From: a virus
Taxonomy: Duplodnaviria > Caudoviricetes
Virus record (IMG/VR): IMGVR_UViG_3300031760_000048
Location: 4,018-68,017 of that record
DNA: 64,000 bases
Reading direction: 5' to 3' (one strand)
The notes below the pieces were generated by a model. The model was not told the DNA's origin. It worked only from the letters and a program-made list of their open reading frames with translations, and made no database searches. Shown piece by piece: positions 37,854 to 48,651 of the stretch (position 1 is the first letter of the stretch; every line of letters begins with the position of its first letter). The position numbers and the translations under genes were made by a program.

Positions 37854-38519
37854 ATGCGACAAGATATTCATATAGACACGGCTGCTGGCGATATTGTATG
37901 GAAAGAAACAATCCATACCAATGTCCGTAAAGTGGAGTTGGAAGAGATGGATGCGTATGTGCTATGCACCATATTTATCCCTGCCAGCTTTGACATTCGC
38001 CGTCTTCAGACTGTTGGGGCTATTGTAAAAATCCCATATACTCCAATTGAAAAACCATTAAAAATAAGATTTGCACGAATTTATGGTAATAACAATAGAT
38101 TCATCGCTAACCCTAATACTGGTGATGATGTTTTTGACTGTGTGGTTAGTAGGCACAGCGGACTGAACATATCTCAGCTATTTGAGGTCAATGAAGATTT
38201 TATGTTCAATGTTGTGATTGATGGCGGAACAGCGGTGTTATATTCTGCTGATGATTTAGACTTTGAACAGATTAAAGCGAACATCCAGAATAGAAATTTA
38301 TTGCTGCGCTGTGTTCCGGGCAACTATTATCGTTATCCGGCGTCTGGCGTAGGTATGATTTTATATCTGAACTCGAATATATCTACTACTGATTTGGCGA
38401 GAGTTCTTCAAGCTGAATTTAGTGAGGAAAAAACCGTGGTACGCAATGCGTATTACGATGATGATACAAAGAAGTTAGTGTTAGACTTAGATTTTTCAGA
38501 GGCAAATGGCAGTGTATAA
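37854..38519 (+). CDS. baseplate wedge gp25-like protein (start at MRQDIHI)
   Basis: QN..LLL...PG.Y.RYP..GVG motif; CTATTCTT 24 nt upstream. Confidence 0.65.
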   Translation: MRQDIHIDTAAGDIVWKETIHTNVRKVELEEMDAYVLCTIFIPASFDIRRLQTVGAIVKIPYTPIEKPLKIRFARIYGNNNRFIANPNTGDDVFDCVVSRHSGLNISQLFEVNEDFMFNVVIDGGTAVLYSADDLDFEQIKANIQNRNLLLRCVPGNYYRYPASGVGMILYLNSNISTTDLARVLQAEFSEEKTVVRNAYYDDDTKKLVLDLDFSEANGSV

Positions 38520-39438
38520 AGTTAAAGAAGGACAGAATTTGTTCGATGTAGCTGTTACATTGTACGGCTCTATTGAAGGAATTTCTTATTTGCTGTTCCT
38601 AAATTCAGAATTGGGATTGGGAACGGAATTAAAGGCTGGCGATGAACTGGAGTATGACTCTGGTCTTGTCGTAAATAAGGATATGCTGGATGCTATTGAT
38701 AAGCGAAAGGCAATAGTAGCAAATGGCAAACGGCATATACAATACAAGCAATGTGACTTGACAAAGAGAATGGTCCTTAAACTGGATAAGGATGAGGAAC
38801 TAATTAAAATATCTTGGTCAGGAAATGGGAAACTTGTAATCGACTGGGGAGACAATAGTGATTTGGAAAGCATCAACATGCAAAATGGTGAAATTAAGGA
38901 ATATAGCCATTACTTCGATAACAAAACTACTACTGCCCGTATCATTACATTCTATGGCAATTTTACATTCCAGACCCTTGATGTGTCCAAGTTGCATGGA
39001 GAAATGTATATCTTGTCATCTTTCCAGATTGAGCAATACATATCCAATGGCGGTACAGTCAATATTGATTCATTGGCATTAGCGCGTGAATTATACAGCG
39101 TTGTATATTCAAAACATAGAGTCAAGTCTTTGATGCACCTTAAAGACTTGAACTTACAGTATTTAGAGTTAAGCAATAACACCTATGAAAATCTGGGTGC
39201 TATTGACGAACTATTTATTTATATAGCCAGTCATTATGGAACACGCAGACCGTGTGAAGTAAAGTTGGACATATCTCCATTAGGAGAATATAGAGAGCCT
39301 GAAAAAGATGGTTTTGGCAACTATGTCATCACTACTGGAATGGAGGCTGTCTATGTAATAACACATGAAGCAGACTGGAATCAGGCTGGTGTGTGGAAGT
39401 TTGATATTAACGGACATATTTATACATATAGCGTATGA
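38506..39438 (+). CDS. LysM/tail X-like baseplate protein
   Basis: N-terminal YKVKEGQNLFDVAVTLYGS..L..LN...LKAGDEL. Confidence 0.75.
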   Translation: MAVYKVKEGQNLFDVAVTLYGSIEGISYLLFLNSELGLGTELKAGDELEYDSGLVVNKDMLDAIDKRKAIVANGKRHIQYKQCDLTKRMVLKLDKDEELIKISWSGNGKLVIDWGDNSDLESINMQNGEIKEYSHYFDNKTTTARIITFYGNFTFQTLDVSKLHGEMYILSSFQIEQYISNGGTVNIDSLALARELYSVVYSKHRVKSLMHLKDLNLQYLELSNNTYENLGAIDELFIYIASHYGTRRPCEVKLDISPLGEYREPEKDGFGNYVITTGMEAVYVITHEADWNQAGVWKFDINGHIYTYSV

Positions 39439-40337
39439 GTAGAACATTAAGTGATATATATAATTCGGCTGTTCAGAAAAGAAATGAGTATTTGAACCTT
39501 AATTCGCTGAACAATGATAGCAAGATGTCTATCATTAACGCCATCACATACACTGCTTCTTCAGTTGTGTATTCGTTTGAGACACTGTTGGATACATTTA
39601 TGATTGATTTTGCTAATATTATGGCAGGCAGGATACATGGTACGGCAGCATATTACGCCAATGCGATGAAGAAATGGCAGTATGGAGATTCTTTGGTTGT
39701 TGATGAATCGGGAACTTCATTCTATTATCAGAACGAGGATTCAAGCAAATGTCTTATTACCAGAGTATCCTACGAGGAACAATATAACACTGATTATAAA
39801 GACAATGTGCTGATTCTGAAAGTAGCCAAGGGCGAGGGTAGTTCATTGGAGCAGCTTTCTTATGAAGAGTTGTTGTCAGCCAGAGCCTACATGAATCAGA
39901 TTAAGTTTGCTGGAGTGAAGACTCGCGTAGTCAGTCGTAAGGGCGATGTCCTTGTTCCGCGTCTGACGGTGTATTATGATGGAGCTATTTCAGAGGATGC
40001 AATGTATACAAATATTGAAACTGCTCTGTCTGATTATATTGAGAACATGTCGTTTGATAGCAATGTTTATGTGCAGAAGATTATCGATGCGATACAAAGC
40101 GCAGAGCATGTTACAGATGTCTACATGGATCCAATGGCAGCGCAAGGAGAGGAACAGGGCGTATTTATTGCTAAATATGACGATGATAACCAGATAGAGC
40201 AGGGCGGTTTGCAGAAAATTGAGCGAATGACAAAAACGTCTTCGGGTTTTTTGAAGCAAAGTACCAGAGAGGGAGCGGAAGCCGATTTCCCGACATACAG
40301 AGAAGCGATTGTACTTAAAGTTGAAGGTGAAGAATGA
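39435..40337 (+). CDS. baseplate J-like protein
   Basis: MSRTLSDIY, HGTAAYY...WQYGD, YMNQIKFAGV, IDAIQS..HV. Confidence 0.75.
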   Translation: MSRTLSDIYNSAVQKRNEYLNLNSLNNDSKMSIINAITYTASSVVYSFETLLDTFMIDFANIMAGRIHGTAAYYANAMKKWQYGDSLVVDESGTSFYYQNEDSSKCLITRVSYEEQYNTDYKDNVLILKVAKGEGSSLEQLSYEELLSARAYMNQIKFAGVKTRVVSRKGDVLVPRLTVYYDGAISEDAMYTNIETALSDYIENMSFDSNVYVQKIIDAIQSAEHVTDVYMDPMAAQGEEQGVFIAKYDDDNQIEQGGLQKIERMTKTSSGFLKQSTREGAEADFPTYREAIVLKVEGEE

Positions 40338-40864
40338 GAAAATATAGTTTTTCAGTAAGCAATTTGGTTAACCAACTAATGCCCCATTTTCTTGGAGGCA
40401 GAAAGCTGGTCCTGTTTGTACAGGCGATTCTTTCTCCGTTGCAAGATACGCAAGAAAAATGGGAGCAATGGGCTTATGAGAAGCGCATGGAAGCGGCAAT
40501 GACCTCTCAGGTTATATTGTTTGAATACTTTCTGACTTATAAGCTGAGAAAATATTTCGCTGATTCAACACAGCGAATAATCATTACTGACGGAACAAGC
40601 AACGGTCTTGTAATGTATTGGGAAAGGGCTGAGAGTCCTGAAGATGTCATTATGCGACAAGAAGGAGAGCTGAAAGGGGCAGAACCGCAAGCTGTTTTGA
40701 GATATGAGAATGAGCAGTCGGATACCAGCGCTTATAGCTTCATTATCAACTGCCCAGCTATCAATACGGATATTATATCTACTGGAGAGGTGAGAAATAT
40801 TATCTCTTATTGGACAGACAGATACCGTATTGCAGGTAAAACGTATAATATAAAATTCATATAA
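40334..40864 (+). CDS. baseplate wedge (gpI-like) protein
   Basis: LV..LMP.FL, TSQV..FE..L, C-terminal YRIAGKTY. Confidence 0.7.
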   Translation: MRKYSFSVSNLVNQLMPHFLGGRKLVLFVQAILSPLQDTQEKWEQWAYEKRMEAAMTSQVILFEYFLTYKLRKYFADSTQRIIITDGTSNGLVMYWERAESPEDVIMRQEGELKGAEPQAVLRYENEQSDTSAYSFIINCPAINTDIISTGEVRNIISYWTDRYRIAGKTYNIKFI

Positions 40865-40865
40865 T

Positions 40866-42674
40866 ATGATAGAATTTAGTGCGCAAACTGGCGGAAGGCA
40901 TACTTATGTAGATGATATTCTGAATCTGCAAGATTTGTCTTTAGCTATCAACAAGATGTTTGACGGCTGTGATAATTTCGTCATATCGGGTTGCGAAGTC
41001 AATGGAGTTAGAATTTCCAGTGGCTTTGTATATATAAATGGCAAGATTCGCTATTTTCCGGGGACAAATGCAGTCGCAAGTTTTCCAGTCTATTTGGCTG
41101 AGTATAATTACACGGAATCAGTCGCTTATGCTGATAGCGCTGATAAAGTAGGACGTACAGTTTATAGCGTTCAGGCTTTAACATTGCCTCCGAACACAAC
41201 CGATGCTGTGACGGGCAATGTACCTGAATATATCTTAATTAGGTCGGATAATACCAAAGATACTATTAACGACGCTTTCTTTGGTAAATACGCCCTTATC
41301 TTGAATACTGATTCAGAGCAGGAAGTGGCTGGCGCTGTATCTTTTAAGTCAATAGTATCTTTTGTTGAAGCTGTAAACAGTGGAGCCTATAAAATTAGAA
41401 GCGGCAATAGTCAATGTAACATTGAATATAGTCAGGATGGTACATTAGTTATCCGTTCGGTGGTTGATTCTGACTATTCAATTCAGCTAACCAAAGAGGG
41501 CGATTTATTGTTCAAGGCTGGCACACAGACCATCGCAGGAATCAATGCGGCTGGTCGTATCACTGCATCTTCAGTAATTGCAACTACTGTAAAAGGCGGC
41601 AACGTCGCAATTACCAATAGCGCAATATATAATGATGGGGTTAACGCCGATGATGGCAGCTTGGATTTAAACTGCGTTGGATTTGACGGTGGCTATACTA
41701 AATTCCGTGATTTGAGGATTGGAGACGGTAAGGGTACGACAGTGGTCTTTATCGACGGCTCTGAACATGAAATGCAAATAGCTGCTCAGATTACGGCTGC
41801 ATCAAGCTATTCTGGCATTACATTGCAGCATACAACGATGAGCAAGTCAAATCCTGCCTTGGTTAAGGTAATTGACTGGAAGGATAAAGATGGCGAAAAT
41901 ATGGCATCTGTCGGCTATTCAGATGTCAACACTTCCGATTTTATTATTAAGAATATCATTGGAAGTATTAAGCTGGATAGCGATGTAAATATATCGGGTA
42001 ATTTGGTTGTTCAAGGTACGCCGTTGTCTGCGTATGCTTTACTTGCACCAGTGACTGCTGCATTAAATACAAAGGCAAATGCTGATAATGTTTACTCTAA
42101 AACGGCGGCTGATGACAGATATGTTGCATTTAGCTCTGGCTTGGCTGAATTGGTTCGCCGTACAAGTGCTTCTCAGGTCCGTGGAGATATTGGTGCCATG
42201 TCGCGTGACGATGTAGCGGCTTTGTGTCCTACTATGGCTAATGCCTTTTCAGATATTGCTACATTTGGACTATCACCGACCGCTGTCGGCTATACAGAGC
42301 AATTAGTGAATCGCAAGCGTGCTATTTGCTCTAATATTGGCGCAGCTTATATAGGTGATATGCAAGAAAAGATACTTGATACTGGTTGGATTCGTATCAA
42401 TACAGGAAAGAATTTTGATATTGATGATATGTGGGTTCGTCAGTTTGGAAACATGGTGTTCGTTCAGGGCACATTCAGAACAATGAGAAACGGTGTTTTA
42501 TTTACGTTGCCTAACACTATCTCCCCACCGGTTCATCCATGTCAGTATAGCTGTAACTGGAAGGGCGAGTTCCATTATCGAATAGAAGCCGGCAGCAGAG
42601 AGGTTAAATGTGTCCGCTATCAAGGTGATGGATACAAGCAGACGGTTAATTTGAGCTTTAGCTATATGGTTTAA
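40866..42674 (+). CDS. tail fibre protein
   Basis: N-terminal GGR..Y.DD...LQ..ISGC..G.VYINGKI; C-terminal DTGW...VRQFGNMVFVQG..LFTLP receptor-binding-like domain. Confidence 0.75.
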   Translation: MIEFSAQTGGRHTYVDDILNLQDLSLAINKMFDGCDNFVISGCEVNGVRISSGFVYINGKIRYFPGTNAVASFPVYLAEYNYTESVAYADSADKVGRTVYSVQALTLPPNTTDAVTGNVPEYILIRSDNTKDTINDAFFGKYALILNTDSEQEVAGAVSFKSIVSFVEAVNSGAYKIRSGNSQCNIEYSQDGTLVIRSVVDSDYSIQLTKEGDLLFKAGTQTIAGINAAGRITASSVIATTVKGGNVAITNSAIYNDGVNADDGSLDLNCVGFDGGYTKFRDLRIGDGKGTTVVFIDGSEHEMQIAAQITAASSYSGITLQHTTMSKSNPALVKVIDWKDKDGENMASVGYSDVNTSDFIIKNIIGSIKLDSDVNISGNLVVQGTPLSAYALLAPVTAALNTKANADNVYSKTAADDRYVAFSSGLAELVRRTSASQVRGDIGAMSRDDVAALCPTMANAFSDIATFGLSPTAVGYTEQLVNRKRAICSNIGAAYIGDMQEKILDTGWIRINTGKNFDIDDMWVRQFGNMVFVQGTFRTMRNGVLFTLPNTISPPVHPCQYSCNWKGEFHYRIEAGSREVKCVRYQGDGYKQTVNLSFSYMV

Positions 42675-42690
42675 TTTAATATTAGTATCA

Positions 42691-42894
42691 ATGGGAATTA
42701 TAAATTTGAAGAATGATATTGAATCGCAAAAACGCATCAGAGAGCAGCGCGAGTTTATCCAAGAAATCCGCCGCTATAAGAAAGAAGAAGCAGACAGGAC
42801 AAGAACGTGTGTTAGTATCGTCACGCAAGTTGCCCCAGTCCAAGAAAAAACCCAGCCCAAGAAGAAAAAGGGTAAGAAGAAAGGTGGAGTTTAA
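42691..42894 (+). CDS. small basic hypothetical protein
   Basis: 67 aa; ATG just after the fibre stop; overlaps 42713-43171. Confidence 0.45.
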   Translation: MGIINLKNDIESQKRIREQREFIQEIRRYKKEEADRTRTCVSIVTQVAPVQEKTQPKKKKGKKKGGV

Positions 42895-43171
42895 AGAAAC
42901 TCGGCTTGGATGGCTTCTTATGCACGAAACTCCAATAGAGTATAGTCTGATTATGGCGGTTGCAGAAGAGACTAAGAAAGACCCTTCAGTATATATGATT
43001 GAAAATTTAGCATATCGTAGTGATGAAGCTTTCTTTCATACTCGGCAATTTTGGTTAGCTTTAAGGAAGTATAGGTTGGAAGGATTGAGACCAAAGACAA
43101 AGTTCATTCCTACGGCTGCTAATGAATTGTATTACATTGACCGTAAATTAAAGACTTTTTCTTATAATTAA
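42713..43171 (+). CDS. hypothetical protein
   Basis: C-terminal half (FKETRLGWLLMHETPIEY...) looks globular; ends at a terminator. Confidence 0.6.
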   Translation: MILNRKNASESSASLSKKSAAIRKKKQTGQERVLVSSRKLPQSKKKPSPRRKRVRRKVEFKETRLGWLLMHETPIEYSLIMAVAEETKKDPSVYMIENLAYRSDEAFFHTRQFWLALRKYRLEGLRPKTKFIPTAANELYYIDRKLKTFSYN

Positions 43172-43197
43172 GTACCGGGAAATCCCGGTACTTTTTT
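43170..43197 (+). terminator. intrinsic terminator ending the structural module
   Basis: AAGTACCGGGA-AA-TCCCGGTACTT plus Ts. Confidence 0.8.
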
Positions 43198-43298
43198 ATT
43201 GTAATTTTGTAAATAAGTAATTTTTCTAAAATCAAAAATTTTTTATTACTGATTATCAGTTTGTTAAGAAAAATGTTTAAAATAAAAAATATAAAAAA

Positions 43299-43330
43299 TT
43301 TGGTTTTTGGAAATGAGTGCCTTATCTTTG
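43299..43330 (+). promoter_or_regulatory. Bacteroidota housekeeping promoter for the replication operon
   Basis: TTTG-N20-TATCTTTG. Confidence 0.75.
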
Positions 43331-43364
43331 CATCAGAGTTAAAACATTATTCATTGCTAATTAT

Positions 43365-43832
43365 ATGATTGTTAAAGACTTGTCAATAATCAAATGTAAC
43401 GGCGAATACAGTATCGATTTGCTGAGACACGAACTGAACAAGATACCAGATGGAGATTACCGCGTTTTGGTAATGGATTATCAGCGTAACCGTGCGCTTC
43501 CATTTTTAAAGTATTTGTTCGGCGTTGTGCTGAAAGAAATATCGGCACAGACAAATATATCTGTTGATGGCTTGTATAAATTTTTCGAAAGAAAATTTGC
43601 TCCGGTTAGAACCGTAGAAATTGATGGCGAAGATTTTACATTTCAAGACATTAAAGAGGAAAAAAGCAAAATCTTGCAAGATTTTACTGATAACGTGATT
43701 AAATATGCCGACCAGACATGGGGTATTAAGATTACTGAAAGAAGTGAGCTTCAGCCTAAAGAGGCGCAAGCACCTTACGCTTCGGCATATACAGACCAAT
43801 GGAGAGAGTATATCTCAAATAGAGAAGTTTAA
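43365..43832 (+). CDS. NinB-like hypothetical protein (start at MIVKDLS)
   Basis: R...KYLFGVVLKEIS...LYKFF..KF pattern. Confidence 0.5.
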   Translation: MIVKDLSIIKCNGEYSIDLLRHELNKIPDGDYRVLVMDYQRNRALPFLKYLFGVVLKEISAQTNISVDGLYKFFERKFAPVRTVEIDGEDFTFQDIKEEKSKILQDFTDNVIKYADQTWGIKITERSELQPKEAQAPYASAYTDQWREYISNREV

Positions 43833-43865
43833 GTAATATTGTTTAATTTATTTTTTAAGTTTTTT

Positions 43866-45212
43866 ATGACAGACGTTAAAAATTACGCTGCATTGTTTCA
43901 GCAGAGTGGAGAGACTATTGAAGATGCGAAGAGAAAAGCCGCAGAAGAGGCGAAGAAGAAAGCGATGAAATTCTTCAAGATGGACAAGAATGACCGTTAT
44001 CTTGTAAGAATCCTTCCTAATGCTCCGTTGATTAACGAGAATGGCGAGCTTGTTGTGGGTGAAGATGGTAAGCCTAAATTCGCAGGCGATCGTAAGTCTT
44101 ACGAGTACCCTATCCAGTCACTTACACTTGGTATCGCTGGCGATAATAAGAAAATGCGATATGTTACCGTTGTTCGAGGTAAGTATGCAGGACTTCCAGC
44201 CGATATTGTTGACGCATACGTTGCTGCCGCTTTGAACAAGCATGCTGACTCTCAGGACATTTGTAAGCGTATTAAGAGCAACAGCTTCTCTGGCGGTTTG
44301 AAGTGGGATTCTAAGCGCGCTATGTATATCCTTGATATGAACAAGCCGACAGACGGTATTCAGATACTCCAGCTGTCTTATGCACAATATAAGGAGTTGG
44401 AGGACCGTAAGATGAGTGAGTGGGCAGAGCTAATCAAAGAGGTGCCAGACGCTTCATGCCCTATTTCATCTATTCAGGCTTACCCTATTGAGATTTACAA
44501 GAAAGAGGGTGAGGGCGGTAAGACCGAGTATCAGTTTACCATCAAGACACGCCGTGTTGATAATTTGAGTGAGGAGGTATTGGAGGCATTGATTGCAGCA
44601 CCAAGAATCCCTGACACAATCTATCATTACTCTCGCTACTCTATGGAAGCAACCATAGAGTACTTGAAGCAGTACGACGCAAAGCACAATCTGTCTGTGT
44701 TTGACTCAAAGGAAGTTCAGGACGCTATTGAGCAGGTAAAGGGCTGGTTGTCGCCAGACGATACAAGTCATTTCTCTCTGAATGGTAAGGAGGATGGCAA
44801 AGAAGAGAACATTGACGATATGATTTCTTCTTTCTACGATAAGGCTAAGGCTCTTGAAAAAGACGGATTAAAAGCAGGCACTCCAGAGTATAGCCAGTTG
44901 AAGAACGATATTCGAGAGTTCTGCGACGCTCATGACATTGATGTGGTTATTACTCGTACTAAGAGCATTGAAGCTGTTTTGGCTGATATTGAGGATTATC
45001 TTGAAAGAGAGGAAGCTGGCGATAACGGCGAGACTCCTGAAGATGAGCCAGAAGCTGAGGAGGCAGAACAGACACCAGCTCCAGCGCCAGAGGATGAAGA
45101 CGAGGATGATGAGCCTGCATCTACTCCATCGAAGGGCGAGCATAACGATGATACAAACGAGCCTGCGCGCCGTCCACGTCCTGCTCGTAATCTTGCTCAT
45201 AGTCCAAGATAA
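43866..45212 (+). CDS. single-stranded DNA-binding protein, T4 gp32-like (start at MTDVKNY)
   Basis: FFK..K...VRILP, KTEY, long acidic tail; position before SbcCD. Confidence 0.6.
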   Translation: MTDVKNYAALFQQSGETIEDAKRKAAEEAKKKAMKFFKMDKNDRYLVRILPNAPLINENGELVVGEDGKPKFAGDRKSYEYPIQSLTLGIAGDNKKMRYVTVVRGKYAGLPADIVDAYVAAALNKHADSQDICKRIKSNSFSGGLKWDSKRAMYILDMNKPTDGIQILQLSYAQYKELEDRKMSEWAELIKEVPDASCPISSIQAYPIEIYKKEGEGGKTEYQFTIKTRRVDNLSEEVLEALIAAPRIPDTIYHYSRYSMEATIEYLKQYDAKHNLSVFDSKEVQDAIEQVKGWLSPDDTSHFSLNGKEDGKEENIDDMISSFYDKAKALEKDGLKAGTPEYSQLKNDIREFCDAHDIDVVITRTKSIEAVLADIEDYLEREEAGDNGETPEDEPEAEEAEQTPAPAPEDEDEDDEPASTPSKGEHNDDTNEPARRPRPARNLAHSPR

Positions 45213-45283
45213 GAGTTATATATTATATTTATCATTAAGTGGTGCGTATCTGTACGATACGCCCGCTTTTTTAACACACAAAT

Positions 45284-46321
45284 ATGAAACCAGTAGCATT
45301 ATTATTAAACGATATACATATCTCGCAATCTAATATTGAGCAGTTCAAGCTAAATTGGCAAGAGGCGCTAACAATCGCTAAAAATAATCAAGTTAGTTTG
45401 ATTGTGATTGGTGGAGATACATTCAAAAACACAGCTTCCCAGCCGTTAAACGTGTTGATGACAGTATGGGAAGCGTATCGTCAAGCTTGTCTTTTGGGTT
45501 TTGACCTTGTAGTAGCTGAGGGAAATCACGATAAGGTGGACCGTGATTCTTTTGTTGGGTATAACCATATTTTCAAAGCATTAGGCGCTACAGATGAACA
45601 TATATTTATCGTTGACGATTTTGAAGCTTTTGAGATAAGCGATGATACCGTATTGTACATTATGAGCTATTTTTATGAATCTGGCTCTTTTACTGACAGG
45701 TACAATACGATGATTACAACACTGAACCCAAAAATGAAAAACATTCTTTACTGCCATCAGGGTATAAAGGGTGGATTGACAAGACCTATGGACGATGAGC
45801 TGCCTACTGGTATATTCGATTGTTTTGACTCTGTTCTTGTAGGTCATTATCATGACAGAAAGAAGATTGCAGGAACCAATATCGAATATATTGGTGCATC
45901 CAGACAGCATGATTTTGGCGAAGACGAGGAAAAGGGCTATACATTGCTATATAGCGATGGCAGCACTAAGTTTGTCAAGAATCAGGTCAATACTCGTTTT
46001 TCAACAATCAATGTAGACTATGACGATGTTGCAAGCGTAAAAAGTCAGCTTGGAGACAAGAACACTAAATATCGTGTAGTTATCAGTTGCAACAATGAAG
46101 ACGTTAAAACGGTAGACAAACAAAAGCTGTTAGATGCTGGCGTATCCAAGGTGGTATTTGATACCGAATCAAAAGCGGTAGAAGACAACTCGCCAGTAGT
46201 ATCTAATTTTGACAATAAGTTTGATAAGACTTCCATTTCTCAGGAATACAAACAGTATTGCGAGAAGAATGGATATGATAGCAAGCTTGGTCTCGAATAT
46301 ATCAATAACGCTTTACAATAA
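45284..46321 (+). CDS. sbcD: Mre11/SbcD-like nuclease
   Basis: NDIH, GGD, GNHD, CHQ, GHYH metallophosphoesterase motifs. Confidence 0.9.
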   Translation: MKPVALLLNDIHISQSNIEQFKLNWQEALTIAKNNQVSLIVIGGDTFKNTASQPLNVLMTVWEAYRQACLLGFDLVVAEGNHDKVDRDSFVGYNHIFKALGATDEHIFIVDDFEAFEISDDTVLYIMSYFYESGSFTDRYNTMITTLNPKMKNILYCHQGIKGGLTRPMDDELPTGIFDCFDSVLVGHYHDRKKIAGTNIEYIGASRQHDFGEDEEKGYTLLYSDGSTKFVKNQVNTRFSTINVDYDDVASVKSQLGDKNTKYRVVISCNNEDVKTVDKQKLLDAGVSKVVFDTESKAVEDNSPVVSNFDNKFDKTSISQEYKQYCEKNGYDSKLGLEYINNALQ

Positions 46322-46326
46322 CAATT

Positions 46327-48648
46327 ATGTACACAATAAAATCTATTTCAGCACAAAACTTTTGCTCTTTTAAGGAGTTTAAGTATGCCCCAGTACAGCA
46401 GGCTGCTACTTTAATCTTTGGTAATAACAAAGATAATGACCAGCAAAGTTCTAATGGTTCTGGCAAATCTGCATTGATTGAGGCTATTGCTTTTGGCTTA
46501 ACCGGAGATACGTTGCGTAAGGTAACGGCAGACGAAATTATCAACAATGAAGCAAATAGTACAATGGTTGAGATTGTACTATATAACGAGCAGGAAGAAT
46601 TGGGTTACAAGATTCAGCGTAGCTTGGAGCGTAAGAAAGGTCAGACTGTGCGCTTATTTTCTATGGCTACTAATGAAATAGTTGAGGAAATCAAACTTAA
46701 CTCTGTAACAGAGTATAACGCTGCTATCCTCAGATACATCGGCATATCTAAGGATAATCTGTTTAACAATTTCATCTTGTCAAAGCATAAGTACTGTTCT
46801 TTTTTGTCTGCTTCAGATAGAGAGAAAAAGGAGATTATCAATGCTTTATCAGGCGCAGAGCTGATCGACGGTGCATTTGACAAGGTAGTAGAAGACTTGG
46901 AGAATAGCAAAGAAAGCGTGCAAAAGCAAGCTATTGAAGTCGCTCGCACGGAAGGAATGGTGTCTACAATGACGCAAAGCATTGAAGATGAAAAACAGAG
47001 AGCTTTAACGGCACAGAATGATATTCCTCGACAGATTGAAGAATTGGAAAGCAAGATTACAGACCGTACTGAAACAATCAAAGATTTTCAGTCACAATTG
47101 AACGGTGCAAAAAATTTGCTTTCAGATTACCGAGACCTTGAGGCAGATGTTGATGATATTGAAATGCTTGACTCGTTTGAGAAGTTCGTTAATGATGTTG
47201 AGGACCTTTTGAATCAATATAATATTAGCTGGAACAGCGGTGCTTGGATTATGAAGTCTGACACATGCGCAGTTAGATTAAAGCGAGCACAAGATGACGT
47301 TGCTACACTTCAGAAAGATGTTCAGATTATTAAGCAGAAGCAGCATAAGGCGGAGCAAGCCTTGGAAGAGTATTCTGTTTGGGCAGAGCAAGAAGAGAAA
47401 GAGCTAAAGCAGCATATCGAGGAATACACCAAAGAGCGCGTTAGTGTTATAGAAGCTATGCGTACTTTATCTTCTATTAAGGAAGATGCTAACAAACAAG
47501 TTTCACAGCACAAAGAAGCTATCAATCGCCTTGAAGCGCAGATAAATGGTGCTGTACAATGTCCAAAGTGCGGAGAAAAATTCTTACTGAATAGTGAGTC
47601 AACATACGAAGAAGTATTGGAACAGCTCACTGGCGAGAAAAATTCTCTTTCTCAGGCAGAGAGTAGCTATAAGAGTGCTTGTGCTGAATGGGATAGCAAC
47701 AACGCTAAGTCAAAAGAGCTTGGCGATCTTATGGATGAAAGCGATAAGGCATGTAAGCAGATTGTTAAAGAACGCAAGGAAAAGCAGACAACTGTACAAC
47801 GTATAGGTGATGTGCTGTTTGAGGCAAATAGTAAGCTCAATAAGGCTCAGAGCATCGTTTTGAACCATCAGTCTACGCTTAAACAGATGTGTCAGCAGGT
47901 TTTTGATGAAGTACATGCTCTTATACAGCGTAAAATCAGCGACAACTCTCGTCATATTTCTGATTTGGAAAATAGTATCTATACCGCCGAGGGCAATGTT
48001 AAGGCTTGGCAGAAGCAAATTGATGATTTGAAGAATGGCGCAGGCGATAAGACTATTGAAGATAGACTTGCTGGCATGAATGATACGCTGGAGAAGTACA
48101 AGGTACAGTATCAAGAAGCAAACGACAAGCTGAACCAACTGACTTTGGAGCAAAACAAGCTTACGGTCCAGAAGGAACGCTTTGTAGGTTTCAAGACGCA
48201 TCTTGCTAACACTAAGATTGATGCTCTGGCTGTCATGACTAATAATTTCTTGGAAGAAATTGGTTCTGATATACAAATTTCGCTTTCAGGCTTCACAATT
48301 TTGAAAAGTGGTAAGATAAAAGATAAAATTTCTGTATCTTTGCTGCGAGATGGCGTAGACTGCGGTTCTTATGAGAAATTCTCAGAGGGTGAAAAAGCCA
48401 GAGTGAACTTGGCTAATGTCTTAGCTCTAAATGAGCTTTGCAACATTGACGCAGCGCCATTCGGAGGACTTGACTTACTCATCTTAGATGAGATACTTGA
48501 AGCGGTAGACGAAAGCGGACTATCCAGTATGCTGGAAGTTCTCGGTAAGTTGAAGAAAACTTGCTTGGTCGTAAGTCATGGTCTGACAAGCGAAAGTTAC
48601 CCTCATCGTTTGACGGTAAACAAAGAGAATGGAACCAGTTATTTATAA
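46327..48648 (+). CDS. sbcC: Rad50/SbcC-like ATPase
   Basis: NGSGKS Walker A, coiled coil with CPKC hook, FSEGE signature, LILDE Walker B, VSH. Confidence 0.92.
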   Translation: MYTIKSISAQNFCSFKEFKYAPVQQAATLIFGNNKDNDQQSSNGSGKSALIEAIAFGLTGDTLRKVTADEIINNEANSTMVEIVLYNEQEELGYKIQRSLERKKGQTVRLFSMATNEIVEEIKLNSVTEYNAAILRYIGISKDNLFNNFILSKHKYCSFLSASDREKKEIINALSGAELIDGAFDKVVEDLENSKESVQKQAIEVARTEGMVSTMTQSIEDEKQRALTAQNDIPRQIEELESKITDRTETIKDFQSQLNGAKNLLSDYRDLEADVDDIEMLDSFEKFVNDVEDLLNQYNISWNSGAWIMKSDTCAVRLKRAQDDVATLQKDVQIIKQKQHKAEQALEEYSVWAEQEEKELKQHIEEYTKERVSVIEAMRTLSSIKEDANKQVSQHKEAINRLEAQINGAVQCPKCGEKFLLNSESTYEEVLEQLTGEKNSLSQAESSYKSACAEWDSNNAKSKELGDLMDESDKACKQIVKERKEKQTTVQRIGDVLFEANSKLNKAQSIVLNHQSTLKQMCQQVFDEVHALIQRKISDNSRHISDLENSIYTAEGNVKAWQKQIDDLKNGAGDKTIEDRLAGMNDTLEKYKVQYQEANDKLNQLTLEQNKLTVQKERFVGFKTHLANTKIDALAVMTNNFLEEIGSDIQISLSGFTILKSGKIKDKISVSLLRDGVDCGSYEKFSEGEKARVNLANVLALNELCNIDAAPFGGLDLLILDEILEAVDESGLSSMLEVLGKLKKTCLVVSHGLTSESYPHRLTVNKENGTSYL

Positions 48649-48651
48649 ATA

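Noticed and set aside
15225-42674. Contractile injection system or tailocin rather than phage
   Set aside because: Portal, protease, capsid, small terminase and a replisome are present; the large terminase is presumably outside the window.
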